NCBI GenBank assembly: GCA_009103225.1 | Contig: RHPI01000638.1 | Span: 186,001-250,000 of the forward strand | From: Chlorokybus atmophyticus | Taxonomy: Eukaryota; Plantae; Mesostigma and Chlorokybus algae | Reading direction: 5' to 3' | Length of the DNA: 64,000 nt | Part shown: in pieces, positions 24,882 through 58,989 of the stretch | How positions within the stretch are numbered: position 1 is the first letter of the stretch | Layout of the letters: every line of letters starts with the position of its first letter | The notes under the pieces: generated by a model | The model's input: only the letters and a program-made list of their open reading frames with translations | Database searches by the model: none | Told to the model about the DNA's origin: nothing | Position numbers and translations under genes: made by a program

Positions 24882-27800
24882 CTAGGAAGGACGTTTAGCA
24901 GGCAAGCAAAGGTCGTGGCTGCCAGCCATGGTCGCCTGGCACACATTGTTACCGACTGTTAAGGACTGCAATGTGGGCTTACTTTGAACACCAGCTTTGC
25001 CATCTTCATTGACAACGGGTATGATGCTACGATATAACCCTGTGTCATTGGGTGGAGCTTGTGCAACAACAAAGATGGTCGCTTCGGTGGCCAGCTGAAT
25101 GTTAACCAACAGACCATGCAGGCGCCTGCAAGCAGTGAATGCCCAATCAACACAGGTGCAGACCGTAGCTTATAGTTCATCACGTTCCACAACAAACCTG
25201 TGCTTGTTGCGCACAAGTCAGCCTCATACCTGCAGCCTTCCTGGTCCAGATGTTGCATGACTTGATCAAGGACGATGAGGTTGCAACTGAACCCCAGCCT
25301 TTCATGAATGTATTTGTTATAGGCAAGCGCCATTACAATTGCCAATTGGCGCAGCTCACCACCAGAGAGCTGCTGCAAGGTTTGCGATACCAGACATCCA
25401 TTGATTTTGACTTGCACTTTTCCTTTGATTTTTGTGGACTCCTGCCAAGTCGCACATGTATGTCACGTGCAATTTAGATCGGTATCAGCGACGTAGTCAC
25501 CAAGACATATTGCATCTCAAAACACAAGCATACGACGCTCACCATTTGTAGGTTTAGCTCAATGTTGGCATCGGAAACCAACTTGAGATACTCCGAGACA
25601 CAAGCTTGTAGATGCTTCAGTTCAGCGCGGACAATACGGGCCTGTTGCGCATACAAAGTGACAATGCGCTCAAACCACATTGCATCGACAGCAACTGACC
25701 TGAATGCCATCGGGCCCTAGTGCCTTGTCAACGGCAGTCAGGATCGCCGTCTTCTGCCTCAGCTCAGTTGCTTTTTTGTGGTTGTCCAACATTTCCAACA
25801 TGTTTGCTGATTCCTGCTGCCTGCTGACAATTGGGTGCAGTGGCGTCATCACTCGGCACTGCAGTGGTTGCAGTGCACCTACGTCAATATAGAAGCCTCG
25901 GTAGAATACATTATTGAGGTCCTGTGCTAACGGACGGCTCTAGAAGTCCATTTATTGCACACTATGACTTGCGCATGCTCTCTCCAGGCTTGGGTTGCGC
26001 AAACCTACTGTGACCGTTTACACACTCTGGAGTATTTCCATGCACTTGACTCCTTGCTAGCACTGCCATGACACCTACCTGCTTGTAGCTGTCGCATCTT
26101 CCGCATCACTAAGGGATGCACTGTTGGCAGCTGAAACGTCCTGCACACAATGCGCAGTCAGTCCTCAGTACGGTACTGCAGCGGGGTAATCTTCTGAAAT
26201 GGTGTGACCGACACTTTGGCACTGTGCTCAACAGCTGCTGCGATTCCCTCACCGTACTCCCCACACTGGCCACTGGCTGGTCAACCTCCTGTTGTGAAGA
26301 TTGGAACGAGTTAAACCAACCAAGCAAGGGCAGCAGTTGTTTGGCACAGCTAGCAACACAAACTGAACGGACTTGGCTACTATCAGTCCCTTATGACTGT
26401 GAGCAGTACAGCGTATGTACCTGTTGTCCACGGCTCACATCGACAGCCGAATTCGGTCTTTCCTCAAGAGCTGATTGCCGATCCAAAACTTTGTTGATCT
26501 CAAGTTCCAGTTCCTCAATCTCTTGGGTAATTTTGCTTTGCTTTTTACCTCGTAACTTCCTTGCTTCACACCATACTCGATCAATAGTGCAAACGAGCAC
26601 TTGCTTCAACTCCATGTCACCCAAATCCAGCAGGACTTTGATCGCATGCTGGTGGTGAAATGCTATGCGAGAGATTAATGCAGTTCTGAGTTCTTTGTCG
26701 ATCAACTTCTGGATGACATCTTTCTTGCCTGTCCGGTATGTCCAATTGCGCCGATACTTCAGCTTATCCCTGCCGACCAGATGCAAAAGGGCCCTTGAGT
26801 GGCGTGTCTGAAATCTGCACTTTACCTCATGCGTCCAGAATGCGATACGGTGCACTGCGTGTGTAAAGTACCTGTCATCATCATTTGAGCGATTGCTGTG
26901 CTTGGACACACATCGCTCAACTTCGAATTCCTCGTCGGTCGTATCGTACTGCAATCTGCCTGAGAGCCACACTGTAGCACTGTCTGCTTTAGGATGAATC
27001 ACGGATGTTATAGCCAAACTGGAAGGTCCAAGTCTTAGATCAAGTTTTCCTGCCAGGGACAACCTCAGCTTGGACAAGTGCTTGGGCTAACCAATCGAAT
27101 GAAGCAACAGCCATCGTCAACACACAATGTGCGCGCTACTGGACACAACGCGATGCCACCCAAATCTCCATCAATGATCAGAGCAAGCATGCAAATGCAA
27201 AGGGACCTGACGAGTCCGTGTCCTCAGAGCCTTGCGGTTTATGATGAACATATGCGCTACCTGTGAGAGCCCACAAGGCTGCCATAACAAGAATGGTTTT
27301 GCCTGCGCCATTGCTGCCCTGTACCAAGTGAATGCCATGATCGTCAAGCTGAAGTTCTGTTTTCTTCAGAAATGGACCGAACCCTTCAAGCTCCACTTTG
27401 CACAATTTCACCACTGCACACGCAGGATTACTCGCGCATCATGTAGGGTGCACCATGTGCAATATTCTGCTATGCCATGGTTGATGAGGCAGATGAAACC
27501 CACCAGTACCCATTCGTTGAAAGAGTGAACAATCATTATAACTTGGCGTGCTCTTTAGCAGTTCTTGGCCAGCTTTTATCGCCTCCGCGCTCATGTTGGT
27601 GCTTCTGCCATATTTGGCAAACACCTCAACACGATCCTATGAGGAGCACGAACACATGTATGTATCAGCACACAAGCCCAGATTCGTCTGTAGCTTCGAT
27701 GGAAACGTCCGTCGCATAGCAGCATGCCAGGGAATCGTGCTGTACAGATCGGATAAACAGAAAGAGCCTACAGCACACGTAATGCTGGTGGCACTGCAGA

Positions 27801-29288
27801 TAGTAGCACAATGTACACGTACAGATCCATCCTCAAGGTGGAGGTGTGCGGCATCCAACTGATCCTCTGTTTCATAGACTTCCATTGGCACAATTTCCTT
27901 CAGTTTCAGCTCCTCCTAAAGCCCAAGCAAGTGCAGTGTGCCTCCTAAGTCCTCTGGCAGCAGGCATTACTTTGATGCCGCTTACCTTCACCTTAATAAC
28001 ATCTTCGTCCCTTGTTTTATAGCATAAGCGAACAAGGTCGTGCTTTTCTATGTTTGCGAGCTGCTTCTGCGGAGGCTGATATACACCACGCTCATCATGA
28101 AGCCTGATAACATGATGGCGAGGCCCCACGCATATTGCTTCTTCAGATACCACCTGGGAACCACCACATTGGTTTGCACATTTGTACAATGGCATTGTAA
28201 CAAGTGAGACCCATGCCGAATCTCTTGAAGTTCATTACCTCAAAATCCTTGTTCAAGATGAACAAAGATTTGTCTTGACCCGCTTCTCGGAAAGTCGTCT
28301 GAACACAGAAGCACTGCTTCGCGACGCTGTATGCATAAAGCACAGTTGCTAACTATGTCTAAAACAGTCTCAACCTCATACGGTGAGCCAATGTATGTGA
28401 CCGTGCCAGCAGACTGTTCGATAGCAAGTTTGACTTCGTGCTTTTTGTGATAGTGTCCTGAGAAAGTCCGACTTGAGGCAGGAAATACGCTGCGCTTCAC
28501 TGCAAAATTCTGCTGCGCGTTTTCATTTGCCTCAGCGGTTTCCTGCCATCACCAATTGCCTGCCATCAGTACCAATAGCTGACTGTACAGCTTCTACATT
28601 TAACTTACCACGCCCACATGAGCAAAGATGGCCTTTGCGCCGATACCAAATTTTTTCACTGCGTCTGCAAAAGCCCTTGGGTCGTGTTGGTAGGGGATGA
28701 AACAGGCGTTGCCGTCTAGAAACCTACAAGGTTCCTGCAACACCTTGATGTACCCGTCACTGGCATACTCCAGCAGCATCAGTGCTGCGCTGCCTACTTC
28801 ATTTGAGTACACCTGCAATGCAGAAAACGTGTAAGGAGACCGTGCAACAGATCGCACGCAAGGGCTCACCTAAGAGTGGACAACATGGACTACCTGGTCA
28901 TGGTTTCCTGGTATCATCACCATCGGCTGTGTCCACAAGCGCAGCAACTTTACGACTTCATGAAGCAATTCAATTGGCATCAAGTGGTTTGCCTCGTGCC
29001 AGAAGTCCCCCAAGAACAGAATGCCTGCTTTCCTGCGGGTGCACAGGTGCTGTGACTGCATGAGCGTCCACCTGTGCTTGTGTCCAGATGAGATACTTAC
29101 CGTTCTACTGCTAACTGATGAACCCGATTCAGGACTTTCTTGCAGGTAGCCAGCGATCGCATGCTCAGATGCAAGTCGGAAAATAACACCCAGTGCTCGT
29201 ATATCTTGTAATCTGGGGCATAAGGCTCGCGGCGCCCCATGACAGCTTCAGTATAGGACGATGAGGCCTTGCTGCTGACCTGCTCCAT
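24882..29288 (-). CDS. SbcD(Mre11/gp47-like nuclease)-SbcC(Rad50/gp46-like ABC ATPase) single-chain fusion, ~15 introns; N- and C-termini uncertain
   Basis: Calcineurin-like nuclease motifs SDLH (29169-29180), LGDFWH, GNHD (28897-28908), AHVGV, GHYH (28447-28458), GSPYE. GT-AG intron 27414-27509 joins ..SLFQRM in frame to VVKLCKVELEGFGPF..GSNGAGKT (Walker A 27295-27318). Later come FHHQ (Q-loop), LSGGE (25355-25369) and LIVLDQVMQHLD. The model may extend further 5' (exon-like pieces up to ~29880) and 3'. Confidence 0.85.
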
Positions 29289-30966
29289 TCTATAGCCAGG
29301 CTGTGGGTCAAAGGAGCGTGCGTCTGGACAGACTGAGCATGCCGTATGCGTATACTCAGCAACGCTCTTGAATGTTGCTTGCCAGCATACCAGCTATCAC
29401 TGACCACCCATTGCTAAGAGAGCAAGCGAGCAAATGCAGCCAACCGCTGACCTTGGCTGCTTATGGCTCAATTACCACAGCTGACAAGAAGGGGGCCGTG
29501 CCGCTTTGTTCTGAAGTCCCTCACCCAAATCGTGAGCCTGCAATGCGCTTGACTAGCATTGCGGATCTGCGTGAAGGCAACAGCACTACTGAAGTGGAAA
29601 AGAACAAGCGGCACACAGAGCGAGCAAAATTCACCGGTGCGTGCGCTGCTCTGCTCTGTTAGGCTATGCTCGCCCAGCAAATCTCCCACAACTTAGCAGT
29701 ACCTGCCATGGGCATGTATCAGCTGCGTCGTTCAGCAGATGCTGGGCGTCCAGCCAATGTAGGCCTAAGGCCAAGGGTCAGCAGCATCAAGAGCTAATAA
29801 AGGCTGGCAGGCCACTAAGCTGCGCCGCCTCAAGTGCTCTCGCCGCCAAGCACACACCCCAATTCTTCACTGTCGCTAGGCATGTCAACCTCCTCCTGCG
29901 CGTCTCAGTGCGACAAGCGTGCTGACATCAGCAATGTCAGTGCACTCCATGCTTCGACTCAGTGCCGTGGAACTCTACCAATGCCACCGTGGCAGCGCTA
30001 GACTTCCACGTGGCTTCAATGCACTGCTGGTGGCAGTCTCGTAACGACTCTTGTTGCTGTTGTCTGTGTATCTGGTCATATTTGTATATCTCAACGGTGT
30101 CTATGTTGATATATACAAATATGTCTGAATTTTGATTGATCAAATCCAGTTTAATCGTAAAAATGCAAGGACTAACAGTTGCATTAGTATATATGATTTC
30201 ATATCATGATATGAGATTTGCTCAAGAGCTCATGTTGCGTAGCACAAATATTACGATATAATCATAGTTAAACACATGGTAAATTTGTAATCCAATCTTA
30301 CTTTAAGATATGAAACCATAACTTGTATAAAGAGCTAATACTAGCTCTGGTGTTGTTACAATTGTGTAGTAATCACATTGGTGCTCGATGAACTTTTGTA
30401 ACACTGTAAGCATCATGCTTTATACCACATAACTCGCAATAGAGCTGCTTGAAAAATTACGCTCAAGGTCACATGCTATCCATATGCTATCAGCATTGAT
30501 TGTAATGTAATGAAACAAAAGTAAAGGGAGTTGTGCTTGGGACACTTGATCGTAGGGTAGTGGAAGTATATGATGAATGTATAGGGCACCCGCAATAGCA
30601 CACAGACTCACGCACACGCACGCACTCACCTGCAGCCAACAGTCAGGAGGCAAGCACAGACTGATGGGGGTGGGGGGGGTGTAAAATTAGCGAAGTGAAG
30701 TTACTGTACCACACAATCACACCCCACTAGATGCAATGCAAGTGATGGTGGGGAGCAGAGCAGATAGGCCAACCCATACGTATGACATGTATGCCCAACG
30801 TATTAACCAACTCATGACACTACCAGTAGCCAAATACTCAAATGCTGCACTGAGTGTTCGTTCAAGGGCATACGTGCTCGGCGCTAAACCACCAAGTGAC
30901 AAAAATGTAGTGACCAGATTCCAGGGAGATAGGTTGTCGTGCTAGCTTTGTGCTTTGCTTCACATG

Positions 30967-52700
<21,734 letters not shown>

Positions 52701-53231
52701 CTCGAACGACGACAGCCACGCCGCCGCCGCCACCGCCGCCGCCGTCACGTGACGGGCGGACGACGTCGCTGGAGCTGCCGCCACGTGGCACGGTATGTCA
52801 ACGCCCTAACGGCCGTGCACAAGCAGTGCGTCTTAGCGCACAAGCCGCACAGAGCGGCCATGCTGATTCAGCACGCGGCTTCTCGACCCCTCTTCCCACA
52901 GCGATCGCGATCCAAACCGGCAATGCTCGCTCGCCTGCCGGTTCTAAAAGTCTGGTTCCCCGTTTTGTCGAGTTCCAACCTCGCTATCCTGTCCGGTCGA
53001 GACAGGTGAAATGAGCGAGCGCCCCTTCTTAAACCGGATCGGCTAAGCCTGTTCAAGAATATCTGCTGATAGCTTCAGCCAATGAACGGCAGCCAAGCGT
53101 TTCTCCTTAGCCACCAATTTGATTGGCGAAGTGGTCAGTAGTGTTGCAGAACGCTGTAGTTGTTGCTGTGGGTGTGCTTGGCGTAGGCGGCGGCGGTGTT
53201 GTGTCTGGCGGGTGAGGCGAGGTCTTTTACC
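52701..53231. promoter_or_regulatory. Divergent promoter region between dynein-2 HC and psbO with CCAAT boxes
   Basis: 531 nt between opposite ATGs. CCAAT at 53079-53083, and an inverted pair CCAAT-TTG-ATTGG at 53114-53126. Confidence 0.55.
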
Positions 53232-54380
53232 ATGGCGGCGGTGGCATTGCAGAGCTCTGTGGCTCTCCGGGGCGTAGCGGTCCCCTCCCAGAAGAAGGCG
53301 TCGTCGTCGTCATCGTCCAGGGCTGTCCCAGCCAGGTGCTCCGCCGTCCCGCAGGAGAGCAAGAAGCAGCATGGCCTGGTGCAGCTCGCCGGTAAGGCGG
53401 CTGCGGCGTTCGCCGCCGCCGCCCTGGTGGCGTCGTCCCCCGCGACGGCCCTAACCCAGGAGCAGCTCAACGCCCTCACCTACATGCAGGTCAAGGGCAC
53501 AGGCATTGCCAACACCTGCACCACAGTGGAGCCATCCAAGGGTGGCGCCTCCGTCAACCTCCCCGCCGGCAAATACAAGATCACCAAGCTGTGCATGGAG
53601 CCAACCTCCTTCACCGTCAGGGACGAGTCCCCCTTCAAGGTCAGTCTGGCAGAGGCTCCTTCTATTGTTGCCATGCTTATCACCGCTTGCTTCTAGTCTA
53701 ACTGTCTCTGTCTATCTTCGCCAACAGGGTGGCGAGCCTGAGTTTGTCAAGACGAAGCTCATGACCCGTCTGACCTACACCCTGGATGAGATCGACGGCG
53801 ATGCCACTGTCGGCAACGACGGCTCCTTCACCTTCAAGGAGAATGATGGCATTGACTATGCTGCCACCACTGTCCAGCTGCCTGGTAAGATGGCATTACA
53901 CTTGAACAGTTGCTTGGCTGCATGGCTTAGTGGTCAATTGTTGTGTTTCGTCAGCGCCCAGCTTGAACTAACATACACACCTTTGACAACACAGGAGGCG
54001 AGCGTGTGCCTTTCTTGTTTACCATCAAGGAGTTTGAGGGCAAGGGTTCGCTTCAGAAGTTCGCTGGCAACTTCTCTGTGCCCTCATACCGTGGCTCCAC
54101 CTTCCTTGACCCCAAGGGTCGCGGTGGCTCCACCGGGTATGACAATGCTGTTGCCCTGCCTGCTGCTGCTGACTCTGAGGAGCTGGAGAAGGAGAACAAC
54201 AAGTCCACCAAGGCGTTGAGCGGCACCGCCACCTTCCAGACGGCTGTTGTCAACGACGAGACCCAGGAGATTGCTGGCGTGTTTGAGAGCCTGCAGCCAT
54301 CAGACACGGACTTGGGCGCCAAGGTACCCAAGGATGTCAAGATCTCTGGCATCTGGTACGCTCAGTACCAGAAGCTGTGA
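53232..54380 (+). CDS. psbO: Oxygen-evolving enhancer protein 1 (PsbO, 33 kDa), 3 exons (53232-53639, 53728-53884, 53995-54380)
   Basis: Bipartite presequence ending in a hydrophobic stretch and ATA. Mature [128 protein letters not shown]. Confidence 0.98.
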
Positions 54381-56368
54381 ATGGGTGTTGTTTGTTGAGT
54401 TTGATCGCCTGAGTTCACCCGCCCCGCACGCGCTTAGTACTGTAGTAGAACCATTAGGTAGAAGCCCTGCCACCTTACCCCCTCCCTGACTGTCGTCATC
54501 CCCGTACATATTATAAACCCTGTGCATCTGCCTGCTTTAACCATGAATAAGTTGTCTGGCTGTGGTATAATGTTGGCTTGCACCTGTTTGTTGCCCAATG
54601 TGTTATCTGATGCACATTATTTGAGCATGCGTTGCTGCCAGCAACCTGCAGTTGGTGTGCATAGAGTGTCTTTAACAGAGGTGTTCAGCCACTGGCACAA
54701 GTTGTGGCGTGGTATGTTCAGCCCAAGGCAACCACTTGATGTCCGATGCATAGGACGGGCATATACTCATGTCGATCATATTGATTATGCAAGTAAGCAG
54801 TATGGTTACTCGCATAGGGTTGTATGTGCTATGTGCTGACAGGCTGGTGATACGTCACACACAGGCAGACAGGTAGGAGCAGCAGCAATGCTGACAGCAC
54901 CTCATTTGATATGAGAATCGCACAATACCCAGTGCATGTACATTACTAACTGTTTTATGCTTGGCAAGCAAGTGGTGTAACAAGTTGCATGGTGGTGACT
55001 TTGGTACTTGATTAGTATTAGACATCATTTGCTTCAATACTTATGTGACATAAATGCTGGCCAACAAAACATGATATACCACTTGCATACTACATGGGAA
55101 AACTATAAGCATCTCGTGTTTAGAAATGCACAAACTACGTCCAACAGCCCCAATGCAAGAATGGTTGAACTTTGACTTATGCTCCAATATGTGTTCGTGC
55201 GACAAGTGTAGTAGTACCATATTTGATGACATTTGACAATTCCATTCTCATTAACAGTGTAGACAACCTTTTATTCATATTGAGGCTTGTAAAAGAGCAT
55301 AAACGGTAACAGTACCAAATCATCATGCAATCTGCACATCAACGCACAGCACTCCCGCCTTCACGCCCTGCTCCCTCACCTTGTTGTTGATGTTGCTGCT
55401 GCGCCGCTCTCTTGGGGACCTTACCTTGCGCCTGTGCATGTGTGCTCAGGTTGGTTGGATGGTTGCTTCTGCCTTGCTGCTTGCCACTGCATTCAACCGC
55501 CCCGCCTAGAGCACATAGTGCATGTAGTGCACATAGTTGTAAAGCCCCTATGATAATTGAAGTGCTGATGTTGCCCGTCTTTGTCTTTGTGGCTGCATCA
55601 GTTGTTGTTGGTGCTGCTTGTTGTGCATTTGGACTGCTGCTTTGCCCTATGACTTATACCTTGTGCAAACGTTTTGTACATCAAAAAAGTATGCACATGG
55701 TTTTGTAATACACATACGGGATGCTTGCACTAATGCTAACATTGCTGCATTGCTAGTCAAACTGTTACCTCATCATATTTACATGTTTGACAGATTAACA
55801 GTACGTAAATATATACACCATGAATGAAACCACTACTTAATAACCATGAGCCAGATCATCACTAATCTCCCAATAGATTTACTACTCTACGCATGCTAGA
55901 GGATTTGACCTGAATGTTCGTGGGATTACCCAACCAAGTAAGACTCGAAGCTAACAGGGGGCAGCAGAAGTAGAGGTAGAGTAGATGACATAGTTAGCCC
56001 GGTAGTCATGCGTGTCACATTGAGGTGCGTGTGTGGCATGTAATGCATGTCGTTGACCCGCATGCTTGTAACAGCTTCGTACTCCAGTCAGCGACAGCAA
56101 TGAGGTTATTGTACATGTAGCATCGGGTTTGCGGGCTGACAACCAGCACACTTACAGACCACACGATAAGTGTGCATTGTAGAAACATTGGCAGGTGTGT
56201 ACGCACCACAATTGCAATCACAAGCAGAAAGCGAGCAGAGTCCATTAGCCAGAAACAGCTGTGCAGCTGCTAGCTTACTCACTCACTCGATTATGTACAC
56301 CTGATCCTGTGACCTTCCTACTATTACTATATCCATAGCCATGTGCCAACAGCAGGAACACTGCATGC

Positions 56369-58419
56369 CTACTCAGCACCCGCTGACACAATTGTGGGCT
56401 CCAGTGCTCCGCGTTTAGGGATATTGTTTCCGCCGTGCAACACTTCCTCGGTGGAGGCGCCAATCCTCATCTGCACCTCCGCATCCAACCTCTGCTGGTC
56501 AGGGTCAATGTACTTGCCAACTTTCCTGAACTTGTCGTGCCTGATCTTCATGAGCTCTGCAGGCGACTTCTCGAGCAGCACCTGTCAATGGTTCAGACAT
56601 CAGCAACGCGCTAGCACACATGGTCACGTACATAGTCAACAACAATTAACTAGTGGCGTCCATGATGCACAAAACTCACATTCATCTCTCGCATCAGTGC
56701 CTGCTTGACATAATCGCATGCTTGCAGTGGGTTAGCATGAGCTGCACCAAGAGGTTCCTGCAATGCATAACACGTGTCAATAAACAGAAGGTGCAGCACT
56801 TGCTAAGATGCAAGGGCCATTAGTTCTAAACACATACCGGGATGATGGCGTCAACAATGTCCAGACTCATTAGGTTCTCTCCTGTGATGCGCAATGCTTG
56901 AGTAGCTTCAGGAGACTTCTTGGAATCCTTCCATAGAATGGCGGCACATGCCTCAGGGCTACAAGCACATACTCATGTCAGCAACTGCTACTCGCAAACA
57001 AGCAGAGCACAAGCAATGGTACAACAACAAATCACTGCACAGCACAACGCCACTGGTCCTCAAACCTAAAAAGGCGCAACTGTCCAGACTGCATGCAAAT
57101 CACGTACCTGGCAACATAGTACACTGCATGCTCCATACAGAGCATCTTGTCGCAGATGCCAATTGCAAGGGCACCTCCGGACCCTCCCTCTCCAATAACA
57201 GTGCTGATGATTGGCACCTTGACGCCAAACATGGTGTGCAGGTTGTTTGCAATGGCCTCTCCCTGCGGACATGTGGTAGGCAATCTACTTCAGCACAATG
57301 CCATCAGCAAAAGTGCAGTAGGTAATCTGGTGAGAGATTTTGTAGCACAGCACCTGACCCAACTCCTCGGCCGACAAGCCCGCATAGGCACCAGGTGTGT
57401 CAATGAATGTGAAGATGGGGAAGCCATGATGCTCTGCATGCTTCATCATCCTCAATGCCTTGCGGTAACCATTGGGCGTCGGCATGCCAAAATTTCGCTG
57501 GATGTTCTCCTTTGTGTTCCTTCCCTTCTGATGGCCCATGAACATGTAAGTCTTGCCATCGATTGTTCCAAGACCGGTCACCAGGGCAGGATCGTCATAA
57601 CCACCGCGGTCGCCATGCAGCTCTACAAACTGCGAACACTCCCAACCGAGCATTAGTACCCTGCCTCCAATGCAAGTGTGAGGGCAGCATACGCATGTGG
57701 CATAGCCACTGTGCAACCACCATCACGTAATCATGTGCTTTTGACGTGACTGACTGCGGATGTCTGAATGGCAAGTGCACGTGAATGTGCATGAGTATGT
57801 GTGCGTCAAGGCGACTGACATGCGGTTTGAAGTTTAGAAGTCCAGGACCAAAGCCCACCTTATCAGTGATGTTGAGGACGATGTCAAGGAATGTTGGTCG
57901 CTGGGCGTGGCGAGCCACCTGAAGGCGCTCCATGGGGGTGAGGCGGTTGTAGGTGTCCCTGCGCAGCTGCATAGCTCGCTCCCTGAGCTGGTTGATGGAG
58001 TCGCTGACGTCGACCCCATTCTCCTCGGCCATGCGCAGCACATCCGCGATGCGCTCGTCCAGCTCCACCAGCGGCTTCTCAAAAGGGAGCGGCAGGTTCT
58101 TCTCCGCCCTGCTCTGCACAGGCTTGAACTTCGCAGCGAGCAGCGCCAGGAGACCCCCGCTGGCAGCCTTGCCATCTACCTCCGTTGGCCTGGCGGAGGC
58201 TGCGCCAACGCCAACGCCCCCGACGGCCTTCTTGGCTGGGGCAGCTTCCGCCCTAACCGACAGCCGCGGATGGCAGCTGCTCGTGTTGCTGGACGACGGC
58301 GGTGAGCTCACCCTCAAGCTCCGCCTCCTTCCACCCCAGCTGCTTGTGCTGCTTGTGCCACTTGTGCTGGGCGCCGCCGTGGTCAACCGGCAGGACGACG
58401 GCGTGGAACACAGCGCCAT
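56369..58419 (-). CDS. accA: Plastid acetyl-CoA carboxylase carboxyltransferase alpha subunit, multi-exon
   Basis: Ser/Arg-rich transit peptide, then [127 protein letters not shown]. Stop TAG at 56369-56371. In-frame upstream ATGs also exist at 58443 and 58458. Confidence 0.96.
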
Positions 58420-58989
58420 AGTAGCACTTGCTCCGCCCACCATTGCAACCTCCAGCATGACACAACCCCGTCCGTGCACCCAACCGCCCACTCAACCCCA
58501 GCACCGGCGGCGCTGTCCACAAGAACCCGTAGCACAACAACGACAACACCACTCACTCAGTGGCCACTCTTCACCCTGTAGCCGCCTAGCTTGCTTGTGT
58601 CACACAAGATGTGTGTGTGCGTATGAGCGCGAGAGTGACTGTTTTTTTTCATGCCGTCCACTCCGCCGACAATATCCACTCGGTACGGTCGGCCCAGGTC
58701 GCTCCGTTCCAGCTGGCACCTACTCACAACATGCGATCTCAGCGGCCCAGGGGCTGGAGCTCCGAGCTGGGCTGCGCTGGCATGCCATCAACCGACCGTC
58801 GGCGTTTCAGCGGCGGGCGGCAGAGTTTGCTCGAGTCCAGCTCAGATCCAATCAGCATTATTCAGTGATTGAAAATCGGTGTTTCTTTCGCCGCCTCTTG
58901 CGCTAACGTTATCAAGCTTGTAGCTTGCCACTTTGCTGGTGGCATTGCTGGCGGCATTGCTGGCGGCGGCGGTGTAGGTGGTCGGCGCG
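58420..58989. promoter_or_regulatory. Shared divergent promoter region of accA and BCCP
   Basis: 570 nt between opposite ATGs, GC-rich, with CCAAT at 58848-58852. Function is inferred from geometry. Confidence 0.6.

Noticed and set aside
26109-26345. CQQC and CCPC as a possible Rad50 zinc hook
   Set aside because: CQQC is in a frame that stops two codons later, and CCPC falls in predicted intron sequence. Neither is in the continuous splice model.
24882-29288. Bacterial contamination or chimeric scaffold as the source of the sbcDC-like gene
   Set aside because: The gene is split by about 15 canonical spliceosomal introns of the same style as its neighbours.
29289-29950. N-terminal organelle transit peptide for the SbcDC fusion
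   Set aside because: Several exon-like pieces and ATGs exist, but I could not choose a unique in-frame path, so no targeting claim is made.
58955-58968. AW-box (CnTnG-n7-CG, WRI1 site) upstream of BCCP
   Set aside because: It matches, but the motif is so degenerate that about one hit is expected by chance in 570 bp of GC-rich DNA, and it lies within a short GCTGGCGGCATT repeat.
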